This document shows, piece by piece, positions 16,432-25,414 of a stretch of 32,667 bases of DNA. This DNA is from a virus (Duplodnaviria; Caudoviricetes). Both the position numbers and the translations under genes were made by a program. The notes beneath the pieces are model-generated. The model was given only the letters and a program-made list of their open reading frames with translations. It had not been told where the DNA came from and did not search any database. The stretch spans positions 1-32,667 of IMG/VR virus record IMGVR_UViG_3300031229_000008; one strand, 5' to 3'. The first letter of the stretch is position 1. Every line of letters starts with the position of its first letter.

Positions 16432-16944
16432 ATGGCCAATCAGGACTTTCACTGGACACCCGAAGACCTCGCCTGGGCTGCCGGCCTGTTCGAGGGCGAG
16501 GGGTGCATCGCGCTCAGTCGTCCCGCAGCGACGCGACCACAGGTGCAGTGGAATTTAGTGCTCGCCTCTACGGATCTCGATGTGCTCGAGCGGCTTCAGA
16601 CGGTCGTTGGAATGGGCCAGATCAGCGGCCCTCGGGATCGAGGTCACAAGCTCCATTGGGTGTGGTGCGTGAGTCGACGCGAGCATGTTCGCCTTCTGCT
16701 GGAGGCGATGCTCCCCTGGCTCGGTTCTCGCCGGCGTGCTCGAGCTGAGGAGTGCCTGGCGTTCTTCGAAGCGAACCCCCCCGGGATGCATCGCTCCAGC
16801 CTGTGTAAGGCGGGTTTGCACGTCCGGACCGAGGAGAACGTGCGGGTCTCAGTCGACGAGCAGGGGCGCGTGCGTAGGCGTTGCATCCCATGCGCCCAGG
16901 CGAGCAGCCGTCGCTACTACGAGAAGACTCGTGAGGTTGCCTGA
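16432..16944 (+). mobile_element. free-standing single-motif LAGLIDADG homing endonuclease gene
   Basis: DLAWAAGLFEGEGCI motif, STDLDVLERL...G.I, W.V...LL..MLPWL; C-terminal CKAGLH..TEEN...RRCIPC Zn module; lower GC3 than neighbours. Confidence 0.85.
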
Positions 16945-19900
16945 TGGCCAGCCAGGACTTCTACGTCACCTTTGGGTCGAACGCGGGCACGTTCGCGGAA
17001 CGACTGAAGGCGGACCTTGCGCCGGCGAAGACCGAGATCATCGCGCTCGGGAAGCTGCTCCAGGGTCTCGAGCGGCAGGCCGGCAAGAGCGTTCCGGCGA
17101 TCCATGGCGCCCTCGCCGAGGATGCCGCCAGGGGCACTGCCGGCAAGGGCAAGGGCAGTGGCACCGCCACCGAGCTGACCAAGATCAACGAAGCGGCCGA
17201 CGACTTCAAGCGCGGCATGGTCGAGCTGAAGACCGAACTGGCAACGGTCGTTGGCCTGATGAAGGCGACTGCCGGCCAGCAGGGTCGCATCGCGCGGGGC
17301 GAGGGAGCCTACTACGACCCGGGCAAGAAGCAGTACGTCAAGACGGCGGAGGTGCAGGCCGGGCAGCACCCCCAGGCCTATCCCAGTGGTTCGCTGCGTG
17401 TTGACCCCCAGATCCAGCGGACTCTCGCCTCGGCCCTAGAGCGTGAGCGCGCACAATCGCCGGCCGCGACGGCGTCGGTTCGCGACGTCAGCAAGGTCCA
17501 ACTCGACCAGGCCGAGCTGGACCGAGTGGTCAGGGCGGTCAACGAGGTCCGCGACGAGCTGCGCAAACAGACCGCCCGTCCGATTCGGGGCGAATCCGAG
17601 GGGACGGCGCCCGCACCTCCAGCACCCACGGCGGCCCTCGAACAGCGCAAGCAGCAAGCCACCGCCCCGGCCGAGTCCGACGACGAGACGCAGCGGGTGA
17701 TGGCGCTGGAGCGGCGCCTCGCCGAGATGCAGGTCAAGGCCCAGCGACTGGCCGGCATTACCGCGCAGGCCGGCGAGGCGGTGGACGACGCCCTCAAGGA
17801 GGTGTCGGCCGAGGTCGACGAGGCGATCTCGGAAGCCAAGGCGGAACTGGCGAAGCTGCAGCGCGCCACCACCGGGATCAGCCGAGCGGAGCAGTCGGAG
17901 CGACGCAAGGCCGAGTTCCAACGCGGCCCAGACCTGCCGGACGAGGAGTACGACCGCCGCCGTCGCATGCGCCAACGGCTGGACCTGGCGCTAGACCCGG
18001 AGGCCTTCGGGGCATCCGTCGGACGCGGCAAGGGCCAACTCGGCATGACCGACCTGCGGGAGATGGCCCAGCAGCTCGGTGATCTCGGCTTCCAGACCCC
18101 GGCCGGTTCCAAGGTCCGCCAGCCACAACTGGTCGAGAACATCGTCTCCAGCCGTCAGGCGATGCTCGAGCAGTACGGCCCCGAGATCCCGGCCGAACTC
18201 CAGACGGGTCGTCGGGTCGTCGCCGACAAGGTGTCCGACGCGGTACGACAGATCCTCGAGAACGCCAACATCAGCGCGGCCGAGGCGGCCGAGGAGTTCG
18301 CGGCCCGCGAGGCCATCCGTCAGGCACAACAGGCCGGCCACCTCCCCAAGGACCCGACGCTACGAGCCACCGAGGCGACCGGTCAGGGCGCGACGTCCCT
18401 GGCCGGGCAGCGCCTCAGCGGGCCGATCGGGGTGCCGTCCGGCATGGTCAAGGGCGGCGAGTACAACGACGTCTTCGGCATGCTTCCAGGGCTGGAGATG
18501 CTGCAGCAGCGCGCAACGGGGCGGGCGGCCAATCTGGCGATGCAGCCCGGCTATGACCCCTTCCGGGTCAATGTCTCGGAGGAGATCTCCGGCCATGGCG
18601 AGGAGGCGGTGGCCGCCCGCCAGGCCTTCCGGGCGCTCCGGCAGGCGACCCGCGAGCTCGACGACCTGGGCCGGGACTTCCAGACCTTCGCCGACGCCAT
18701 CGATCAGAACGAGAAGTTCATCCAGCGCGCCACGGGCCGCCTCGAGCGCGGCAAGGAACGCCCCACCGACCAGGCCAAGATCGCCGAGGCCGAGGCCAAC
18801 ATCCAGCGCATGCGTGGCGAGATGGGCAGCGATCGGTTCCGGGGCCTCCAGGAGGTCTTCGAGGCCCCGGAGTACCAGGCCGGTCGCCGAGAGCGTGAGA
18901 TCTCCCGCGCCCAGTACGAGGCGCAGATGGAGGACCGGGCCCGTCGCGAACGAGAGGTTTATGTCGGCGACGCCGCCGGCCACGCGGTGGCCGGCACCAG
19001 GCTGGCCCCGGGAACCAAGGACACCTACATCCGGAACATCCCGGGCCTGATGTACCAGGGCAGGCAGGACCGCTTCGGGTTCACCGACCAGGAGCGGGAT
19101 CCAGCCCAGCTGGGTCAGATGAACAAGTCCTGGCAGTCGATGCAGTCCGCCATGCGGCGCGAGCGTGGCGTCGGTCTCGAGGTTGAGCAGGGTCAGCGTC
19201 CGCAGGCCGATCTCGACGCGGCCCGCCAGCGTGTCGAGAACAAGGCCACCGCATTCTTGAACCAGATGCAGGAGATCTTCGATATCTCCCTGCCGCTGGA
19301 GAGCCTGACCGGGAGGGCCCCCGAGTCTGCGGCGAACATCGAGGCTGAGCTCAGGCGTCAGGAGGCTTCCGAGGCCGTCCATGCCGAGACATTCCGGAAG
19401 CCGGGCCAGGAGGCGGTCTCGGCCAAGGCGCCCGACGTGGGCACTCAGGCCGAGCGTGCGGCGGCCAAGGAGGCCAGCGCCGAACTGCGTGACTTGGCCG
19501 AGGAGATCGACCGAGCCACCAAGGCTCAGCGTCGCCTCACCGAGCTGCGCGAGCAGATCTCGACCGGCCGCAAGGCCGGTGAGGACGTCTCCGCCCTGGT
19601 CGCTGAGCGGGGGGCGATCAAGGGCGCCGAGGGCTACGTCGACAAGAACGAGCTCAGGGCGCTGCGGAAGAGCTACCACCAGGAGATGGCGGCCGCTACT
19701 GGCGGTGGCGGCGCCGAGGTGCCGCCCAGTGGCCCTCGAGTCGGCCCCTCCGGCCCGTCGGGACCGGGCGGCGGCGGGGACGGCCCGATGGTCAACATCC
19801 TGCGCGAGATCCTCACCGCCATCAACCACATCCACACCACGATCCGGACGGGTGTCCGGATCACCGGCACCGATGCTTCTCCGCCGCCGGTCGAGGGCCC

Positions 19901-22900
19901 CCCCGCCGTCGGCACCCAAGCCCCCGCCGCTGGCGCGGCAGGCGCCACCTCCGTCACCGCCAGCAACGAGGAAGAGGAAAGCCTGGCCCGCGCGGCCACG
20001 CGGCGTGCGGAAGCGGACGCCAAGGCGAGTCAGGGCACCCAGGAGGCTACGCGAGCCCAGGTGACGCTGGCCGAGGAGCAGCGTCGAGGCCTGGTACTGA
20101 CGCGGGCCCAGGTCCGCGAGGAGATGAACCTGAGCAACGCGAGGAGGCTGCTCAGCGAGGGGGCGGAGAAGGAGTTCGCCGAGCTGAAGCGTCTCAACCG
20201 GGCCGGGGCGGACAACGCGAAGATCGTGGAGCAGCAGGCCCGCGCCTACGCCCGGATGGAACAGGAGATGGCGGGCCAGGGCGTCCCGGCCGCCCATCGC
20301 AAGCGATACGCCCAGAGCCTGTTCACCGAGGCAAACGTCCGTCCGGGCGGCTCCGACAAGGCTGGTGACGCCCAAGGCGGACGCGTCCGGATGACCGAGG
20401 TCGAAGAGATCGCCCGGTCCTCCCAGGCCTTCCAGGGCTACAGCGCGCAAGTCAAGGACATCAGCTCCGAGATGGGAGGCTATGTCGGCCCGGACGGTCC
20501 GTTCGGCGCGGCGCTCCAGGGGATGTTCGGCAAGAGCGGATTCTGGGCCCGGATGATGAACAGCACCGGCACGTTCATCATCAGGAACTTCACCGCCGGC
20601 TTCGTCTTCGGCATCACCAACGCCCTCCAGGAAACGCTGCGGCAGGGCATCATCACCGAGTCCACCTTCATCCGAGTCTCCGACGCCCTGGGACAGACCG
20701 GGCGGGAGACTGGGAACCTGCGTACCCAGCTCCAGGGGATCTCGGCCGACTACGGTGTCGCGCTCAACGACGTCTACGAAACGGCCGCAGGCCTGACCGG
20801 CCTGTTCGAGAGCACCGATGAGATCGCCGGCGCCACCAAGGTCGTCGCCCAGCTGCAGGCGATCTCATCGGGCGCCCTCAATGCCAAGGAGGCGATGGGT
20901 GTTCTGGCCTCGATCACCGGCGCGTACGCGGACGAGCTCGAGGGCGGCGTGGGGGGGCTGGAGCACGTCGCCGATGTTCTGACGGTCGTCCAGAACGTCT
21001 TGGGCACCAATGTCGAGGTCACTTCCGAGGGTGTCGGCGCCCTGTCCGGGCTGAGCCAGCAGCTGAAGATCGACTTCGAGGATATGTCGGTCTACGTGGG
21101 ACAGATCGCCAAGTTGACCAATCAGACCGGCGCCGCCGCCGGTGAGCAGTTCAGCCGAATCCTGGGGTCGATGCAGAGTGGTCGCGGCCGCGCGGCACTG
21201 GTCCAGGCGCTCCCCGACACGGGCATGGAGCAGCTACTGAACACGGGTGAATACGGCAAGGCCCTCAACCTTATGTTGGAGAACTGGGACGGCCTGACCG
21301 ACGCCCAGCAGCGCAACCTGGGTGTCACCATCGCTGGCCAGCGGCAGGCCCGCGCCTTCGCCGCGCTGACGAGCAACAGCACCAAGGTGCTGGACGCCGC
21401 GACCCGGGCACACAACGCCAACGGCGAGGCCCAGCGACGCGCGGAGGCGATCGCCGCAACGCTGACCGGTCGCATCCAGCGACTGATGACCAACTTCCAG
21501 GACCTGGCGCAGAACCTGATCCGGACCGGCATCGTGGACTTCGTCGGCCTCCTGTTGCAGGTCACGAATGCCACCCTCGCGGTCATCAACGAGATGTTCT
21601 CGAAGTTCAACGATCTCACCGACAAGAACCCGCTGGCGTCGTTCCTCAAGCACGTGACGGTTGGCCTCCTCGGCCTGATCGTCACCCTCAAGGTTGCGGG
21701 GATGGCGTTTCGTGGCTTCCGCGCATCGATGGCGACCCTCGCGGCGAGCGAGGGCGTGGCCGGGGCCGGGATTCGGGGGGCCGGCCTCGCGGCGAGCGGG
21801 GGCGTGGCCGGGGCCGGGATTCAGGGGGCCACCGCCGGCATCGGACTCCGAGACCCCGCGCACGGCAAGCATGCCGCCGGCGTTCCACTCGTCGCGGCGG
21901 TCGCCGGCGGCCAGCATGTCGCCACCGGCGGAGCCGCCGCCGTCGCCGGCAAGCATGCCGCCACCCGGACGAGGCTGCTGAGGGCGGAGGCGTTCGCCCT
22001 GTCGAAGGCTGCCAAGGGGACCTCGCTCCTGAGCAAGGGGGTGACCGGCCTCGCCTCCGCAGGGCTCGGTGCCCAGATCGCCATCGTTGCCGCCACCGCC
22101 GGCCTGATCAACGCCTACATGAAGCAGAAGGACGCGATCAAGCAGCTCGATGAGCAGTTCGATCGGTATGACAAGGGCAGGAAGAAGACGGAGGCGCAGG
22201 AGGCGGCCGAGTACGTCGGGCCCGACACCGACGCGCTCGAGAAGTTCAAGAAGGGGAAGGAAGGCTTCTGGGGCCGGGTCAAGTTCGAATACGACCAGGT
22301 GGGGAAGCTGCTCGCCGACCCCAGCGAGATCTTCGAGAAGCAGAACTGGACGCCCGGGAGTCATTCGGCACAGCTGGAGGCATGGCGCGGCGTCCTGAGA
22401 GACGAGATGCAGGGCACCCTTGATGAGCTCGACGCGGCCAGGTGGGAGGTCCTCGCCGATGCCATGGCTGGGCGGCTGACCCCGTCACAGCCGGATGGGG
22501 GTCGACCGGCAACTAGTGGGTTCGACAAGGTGCAATCCGAGGTCGGCGTGCTGCTCGAGGCCGTGGGCGGGACGGTGCCGGCGGCCACCGAAGAGCAGGC
22601 CCTGGCCTACGGAGAGCAACACAAGAAGCAGATCGAACAGAAGCGGGCCGAGACCGAGAGGGCCTTCGAGGCGGGCGAGATTGAGCCGGGCGACGCCATG
22701 GCGTTGCTGGCCGGCTACGAGTTGATGCTCAAGGACCTTGGCGAGGAGGTGACCGCCATGGTCCTGCTCGCGCAGGGGCTCGAGCCGGCCAAGGCGCTCA
22801 GCTCGGAGGTCATCAAGAACATCACCGATCTGCGTCCCATCCTGGCCAATCTCCAGGGCGCCGGCATCGGCGACATCGTCGGCGAGGACATTTCGCAGCT

Positions 22901-24968
22901 CATTGTAGAGACCGGCGCCCCCGAAGGCTCGCGAGCCTACAAGGTCATGGAGAGGATGGCCGAGGGGAACTTGTCGCGAGTCCAGTTCATGCGCCAGGAA
23001 CACAAGCTGATCATGGACGCCTGGAACAACGCGCGAGCCAATCTCAAGGGCGCAGAAAAGTCAGGTGACCCGGACAAGATCGAGGCGGCCGAGCAGCAGA
23101 TGCGCGACCTGATCAACCAGCTGGCCTCGCACACCGAGGACGCCATCGGGGTCTTTATCCAGTCGGCCGAGGCGATCGCCGGCGCGGCGGTGATGCGCGG
23201 CAACTACACGGGCGCCGCATCGGCGCTGCGGCAGGCCGCTCGCCGGGTCGCGGCGAAGCGCGACCGAGGGTCCGAGACCCCCGAGATGCGGGCGCAGCGC
23301 GACGTCGAGGAGATGACGGCAGTCCAGGGGGCCGCCGAGAACAAGGCCCTGAAGAAGAACATGCCGCTTCGGAGGGCGCAGGCACAGACGCAGAGCGCCA
23401 CCGAGGACGCTCGACTGGAAGAGCAGATCGCGTACAACGAGTACCAGGCCCTGCTGGCCGAGCGTGACCTGGCCCTCAAGGAGAACCGTCGGGGTCCTGG
23501 GCGGAAGGCGATCCTGGAGGCCGAACTCGGCTGGCTCACCTCCCGGATGGCCTCTCAGACGACGGTCCGTGACGCCGCCGACGCCGTCGCCCAGGCCCAG
23601 GCCGGCCTCGCCGGAGCGTACGCCGACGCCCGTGGCGACGCCGTTGCCTCGGCCCAGGCGCAGGCGCAGGGTGCCCAGGCTGCGTTGGCCGCCGCGCAGG
23701 CGGCCGGCGACGCGGCGGGCATCCTGAACGCCCAGGCCCAACTGGTCGCGGCCAACGCTCAAATCGTCCAGTCGCAGCAGGACCTGGTGCAGTCGCAGTA
23801 CCAGGTCTCGATCGCTATCGCGGACGCGGCCGGTGACTCGGTGCAGTCGGCGCAGCTCCAACTGGGGGCTGCTCAGAATGCCCTTTCTGCAGCTCTGCAA
23901 AAGTCCGGGGGCCAGGAGACTGCAGAGACCAACGCCGCCCGCGCGGCCGCGATCTCGGCCGGAGCGGCGGCCCAACAGGCGGTGGTGGACCTCATCCAGT
24001 CGCGCTACGCGATCTCCATCGCCATCGCAGACGCGGCCGGTCACACGGTGCAGTCGGCACAGCTCCAGGCGAAGGCCGCTCAGAGTGCGCTCGCTGCAGC
24101 TCTGCAAAAGTCCGGGGGTAGGGAGACCGGGGAGACCAACGCGGCCCGAGCGGCCGCCATCTCGGCCGGGGCGGCCGCTCGACAGTCGCTGGCGGACTTC
24201 ATCCAGTCGCGCTACGAGGTCTCGATCGCCATCGCGGACGCGGCCGGTCGGACGGTGCGGTCGGCACAGCTCCAGCTGAAGGCCGCTCAGAGTGCGCTCG
24301 CTGCAGCTCTGCAAAAGTCCGGGGGTAGGGAGACCGGGGAGACCAACGCGGCCCGAGCGGCGGCGATCTCGGCCGGGGCGGCAGCTCGAGACGCCCGACT
24401 CCAGGACCAATTGGGCACGATCGACTTCCAGCTCGAGATGGATCGGATCACCGCCGATGGTGCCATCGCGATGCTCCAGAACATCCTCAGGACCGCCGAC
24501 CTGACCCGTCAGCAGCGTCGGGACCTGCTGCTGAAGATCAAGGGGCTCAAGGACGACCTGCGCTCGTCGCTGACCTCCTCGGGCTTCAACATCCCCGACC
24601 AGGTCAAGCTGCCCACTGCCTACGAGGTGCGCCGCTCGCTGGGCGTGGATGCCTACGAGAAGAACTTCCGCAACAGCGTCAAGGACGTGAGCCGCGCGCG
24701 CAGCATGGCCATCGAGTCGGCGCTCGGCACGGCGGCCGGCGGCGGATCCGCACGCGGCGACACCCCAGAGATGGTCCGGGCGATGGCAGAGGTCCGGGAC
24801 GCGGTGATGGCCAACGGCGCACAGGTCGTCAACAACATCGAGATGACGAACCAGGTTCTCCGGCCGCAGATGGTCGAAGACGTGGCGCGGCGTGTCGTGC
24901 AGCTGATCAACAACCAGACGCGGCAGGGCGCGCGGGCCAACTCGGCACGCCCGAAGCTGGTCCACTGA
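16944..24968 (+). CDS. tape measure protein (2674 aa)
   Basis: Longest ORF, after chaperones; central tape-measure core (~20600-21500), hydrophobic segments, Ala/Gln-rich repeats. Confidence 0.9.
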   Translation: MASQDFYVTFGSNAGTFAERLKADLAPAKTEIIALGKLLQGLERQAGKSVPAIHGALAEDAARGTAGKGKGSGTATELTKINEAADDFKRGMVELKTELATVVGLMKATAGQQGRIARGEGAYYDPGKKQYVKTAEVQAGQHPQAYPSGSLRVDPQIQRTLASALERERAQSPAATASVRDVSKVQLDQAELDRVVRAVNEVRDELRKQTARPIRGESEGTAPAPPAPTAALEQRKQQATAPAESDDETQRVMALERRLAEMQVKAQRLAGITAQAGEAVDDALKEVSAEVDEAISEAKAELAKLQRATTGISRAEQSERRKAEFQRGPDLPDEEYDRRRRMRQRLDLALDPEAFGASVGRGKGQLGMTDLREMAQQLGDLGFQTPAGSKVRQPQLVENIVSSRQAMLEQYGPEIPAELQTGRRVVADKVSDAVRQILENANISAAEAAEEFAAREAIRQAQQAGHLPKDPTLRATEATGQGATSLAGQRLSGPIGVPSGMVKGGEYNDVFGMLPGLEMLQQRATGRAANLAMQPGYDPFRVNVSEEISGHGEEAVAARQAFRALRQATRELDDLGRDFQTFADAIDQNEKFIQRATGRLERGKERPTDQAKIAEAEANIQRMRGEMGSDRFRGLQEVFEAPEYQAGRREREISRAQYEAQMEDRARREREVYVGDAAGHAVAGTRLAPGTKDTYIRNIPGLMYQGRQDRFGFTDQERDPAQLGQMNKSWQSMQSAMRRERGVGLEVEQGQRPQADLDAARQRVENKATAFLNQMQEIFDISLPLESLTGRAPESAANIEAELRRQEASEAVHAETFRKPGQEAVSAKAPDVGTQAERAAAKEASAELRDLAEEIDRATKAQRRLTELREQISTGRKAGEDVSALVAERGAIKGAEGYVDKNELRALRKSYHQEMAAATGGGGAEVPPSGPRVGPSGPSGPGGGGDGPMVNILREILTAINHIHTTIRTGVRITGTDASPPPVEGPPAVGTQAPAAGAAGATSVTASNEEEESLARAATRRAEADAKASQGTQEATRAQVTLAEEQRRGLVLTRAQVREEMNLSNARRLLSEGAEKEFAELKRLNRAGADNAKIVEQQARAYARMEQEMAGQGVPAAHRKRYAQSLFTEANVRPGGSDKAGDAQGGRVRMTEVEEIARSSQAFQGYSAQVKDISSEMGGYVGPDGPFGAALQGMFGKSGFWARMMNSTGTFIIRNFTAGFVFGITNALQETLRQGIITESTFIRVSDALGQTGRETGNLRTQLQGISADYGVALNDVYETAAGLTGLFESTDEIAGATKVVAQLQAISSGALNAKEAMGVLASITGAYADELEGGVGGLEHVADVLTVVQNVLGTNVEVTSEGVGALSGLSQQLKIDFEDMSVYVGQIAKLTNQTGAAAGEQFSRILGSMQSGRGRAALVQALPDTGMEQLLNTGEYGKALNLMLENWDGLTDAQQRNLGVTIAGQRQARAFAALTSNSTKVLDAATRAHNANGEAQRRAEAIAATLTGRIQRLMTNFQDLAQNLIRTGIVDFVGLLLQVTNATLAVINEMFSKFNDLTDKNPLASFLKHVTVGLLGLIVTLKVAGMAFRGFRASMATLAASEGVAGAGIRGAGLAASGGVAGAGIQGATAGIGLRDPAHGKHAAGVPLVAAVAGGQHVATGGAAAVAGKHAATRTRLLRAEAFALSKAAKGTSLLSKGVTGLASAGLGAQIAIVAATAGLINAYMKQKDAIKQLDEQFDRYDKGRKKTEAQEAAEYVGPDTDALEKFKKGKEGFWGRVKFEYDQVGKLLADPSEIFEKQNWTPGSHSAQLEAWRGVLRDEMQGTLDELDAARWEVLADAMAGRLTPSQPDGGRPATSGFDKVQSEVGVLLEAVGGTVPAATEEQALAYGEQHKKQIEQKRAETERAFEAGEIEPGDAMALLAGYELMLKDLGEEVTAMVLLAQGLEPAKALSSEVIKNITDLRPILANLQGAGIGDIVGEDISQLIVETGAPEGSRAYKVMERMAEGNLSRVQFMRQEHKLIMDAWNNARANLKGAEKSGDPDKIEAAEQQMRDLINQLASHTEDAIGVFIQSAEAIAGAAVMRGNYTGAASALRQAARRVAAKRDRGSETPEMRAQRDVEEMTAVQGAAENKALKKNMPLRRAQAQTQSATEDARLEEQIAYNEYQALLAERDLALKENRRGPGRKAILEAELGWLTSRMASQTTVRDAADAVAQAQAGLAGAYADARGDAVASAQAQAQGAQAALAAAQAAGDAAGILNAQAQLVAANAQIVQSQQDLVQSQYQVSIAIADAAGDSVQSAQLQLGAAQNALSAALQKSGGQETAETNAARAAAISAGAAAQQAVVDLIQSRYAISIAIADAAGHTVQSAQLQAKAAQSALAAALQKSGGRETGETNAARAAAISAGAAARQSLADFIQSRYEVSIAIADAAGRTVRSAQLQLKAAQSALAAALQKSGGRETGETNAARAAAISAGAAARDARLQDQLGTIDFQLEMDRITADGAIAMLQNILRTADLTRQQRRDLLLKIKGLKDDLRSSLTSSGFNIPDQVKLPTAYEVRRSLGVDAYEKNFRNSVKDVSRARSMAIESALGTAAGGGSARGDTPEMVRAMAEVRDAVMANGAQVVNNIEMTNQVLRPQMVEDVARRVVQLINNQTRQGARANSARPKLVH
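21738..21833 (+). repeat. 2 x 48-bp tandem repeat
   Basis: LAASEGVAGAGIRGAG / LAASGGVAGAGIQGAT; copies at 21738 and 21786. Confidence 0.9.
23781..24390 (+). repeat. ~3 x 207-bp (69-aa) tandem repeat
   Basis: DxxQSxYxxSIAIADAAG...QKSGG.ET.ETNAARAAAISAGAAA units start at 23781, 23988 and 24195. Confidence 0.95.
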
Positions 24969-24982
24969 GGAGGTGGGGACAG

Positions 24983-25414
24983 GTGGATGTAGTTCGGTGG
25001 AAGTTCATCGACGTGCACAGTGCCGGCAAGGCGCCGTATGAGTACACGTTCCACATCAACCCGAACGAGGGTGGCACGCCGACCATCCAGAAGAACTTCA
25101 CGATCCAGACCAACGCCGGACCCAACCGGGGTGCGATCGTGCAGGAGGGGCAATCCACCCCACCCGAGCTGGCGTTCTCCGGAGTCATCCTCACCCAGCC
25201 ACACCTGGAGGCCCTGGAGCTCTGGTTCGACAAGCGCATCCTGATCGACATCAACGACGATCTTGGACGGGTGTTCAGAGGCGTCTTCAGCCGCTGGGAA
25301 CCACAGCGCGAACGTCGGGCCTACAACTACTGGTACCACACCTTCTCGGCCGGCTTCATCGTGGCCGGCTACAAAACCGCCTCCGGCAAGGTCCGATTCG
25401 GGAAGTTCATCTGA
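24983..25414 (+). CDS. distal tail protein (Dit-like)
   Basis: Directly after tape measure; YTFHINPNE motif; 143 aa. Confidence 0.7.
   Translation: MDVVRWKFIDVHSAGKAPYEYTFHINPNEGGTPTIQKNFTIQTNAGPNRGAIVQEGQSTPPELAFSGVILTQPHLEALELWFDKRILIDINDDLGRVFRGVFSRWEPQRERRAYNYWYHTFSAGFIVAGYKTASGKVRFGKFI

Noticed and set aside
16427-16944. Group I intron around the LAGLIDADG ORF
   Set aside because: The ORF fills the gap between genes, leaving no room for a ribozyme core.
23781-24390. Repeats as a CRISPR array or DGR template/variable pair
   Set aside because: In-frame coding repeats with no spacers, no adenine-specific variation noticed, and no cas or reverse transcriptase gene in the window.
13578-24965. 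Long minus-strand ORFs (13578..15185, 18360..20450, 23061..24965 and others)
   Set aside because: Antisense shadows of high-GC3 plus-strand genes; no motifs.
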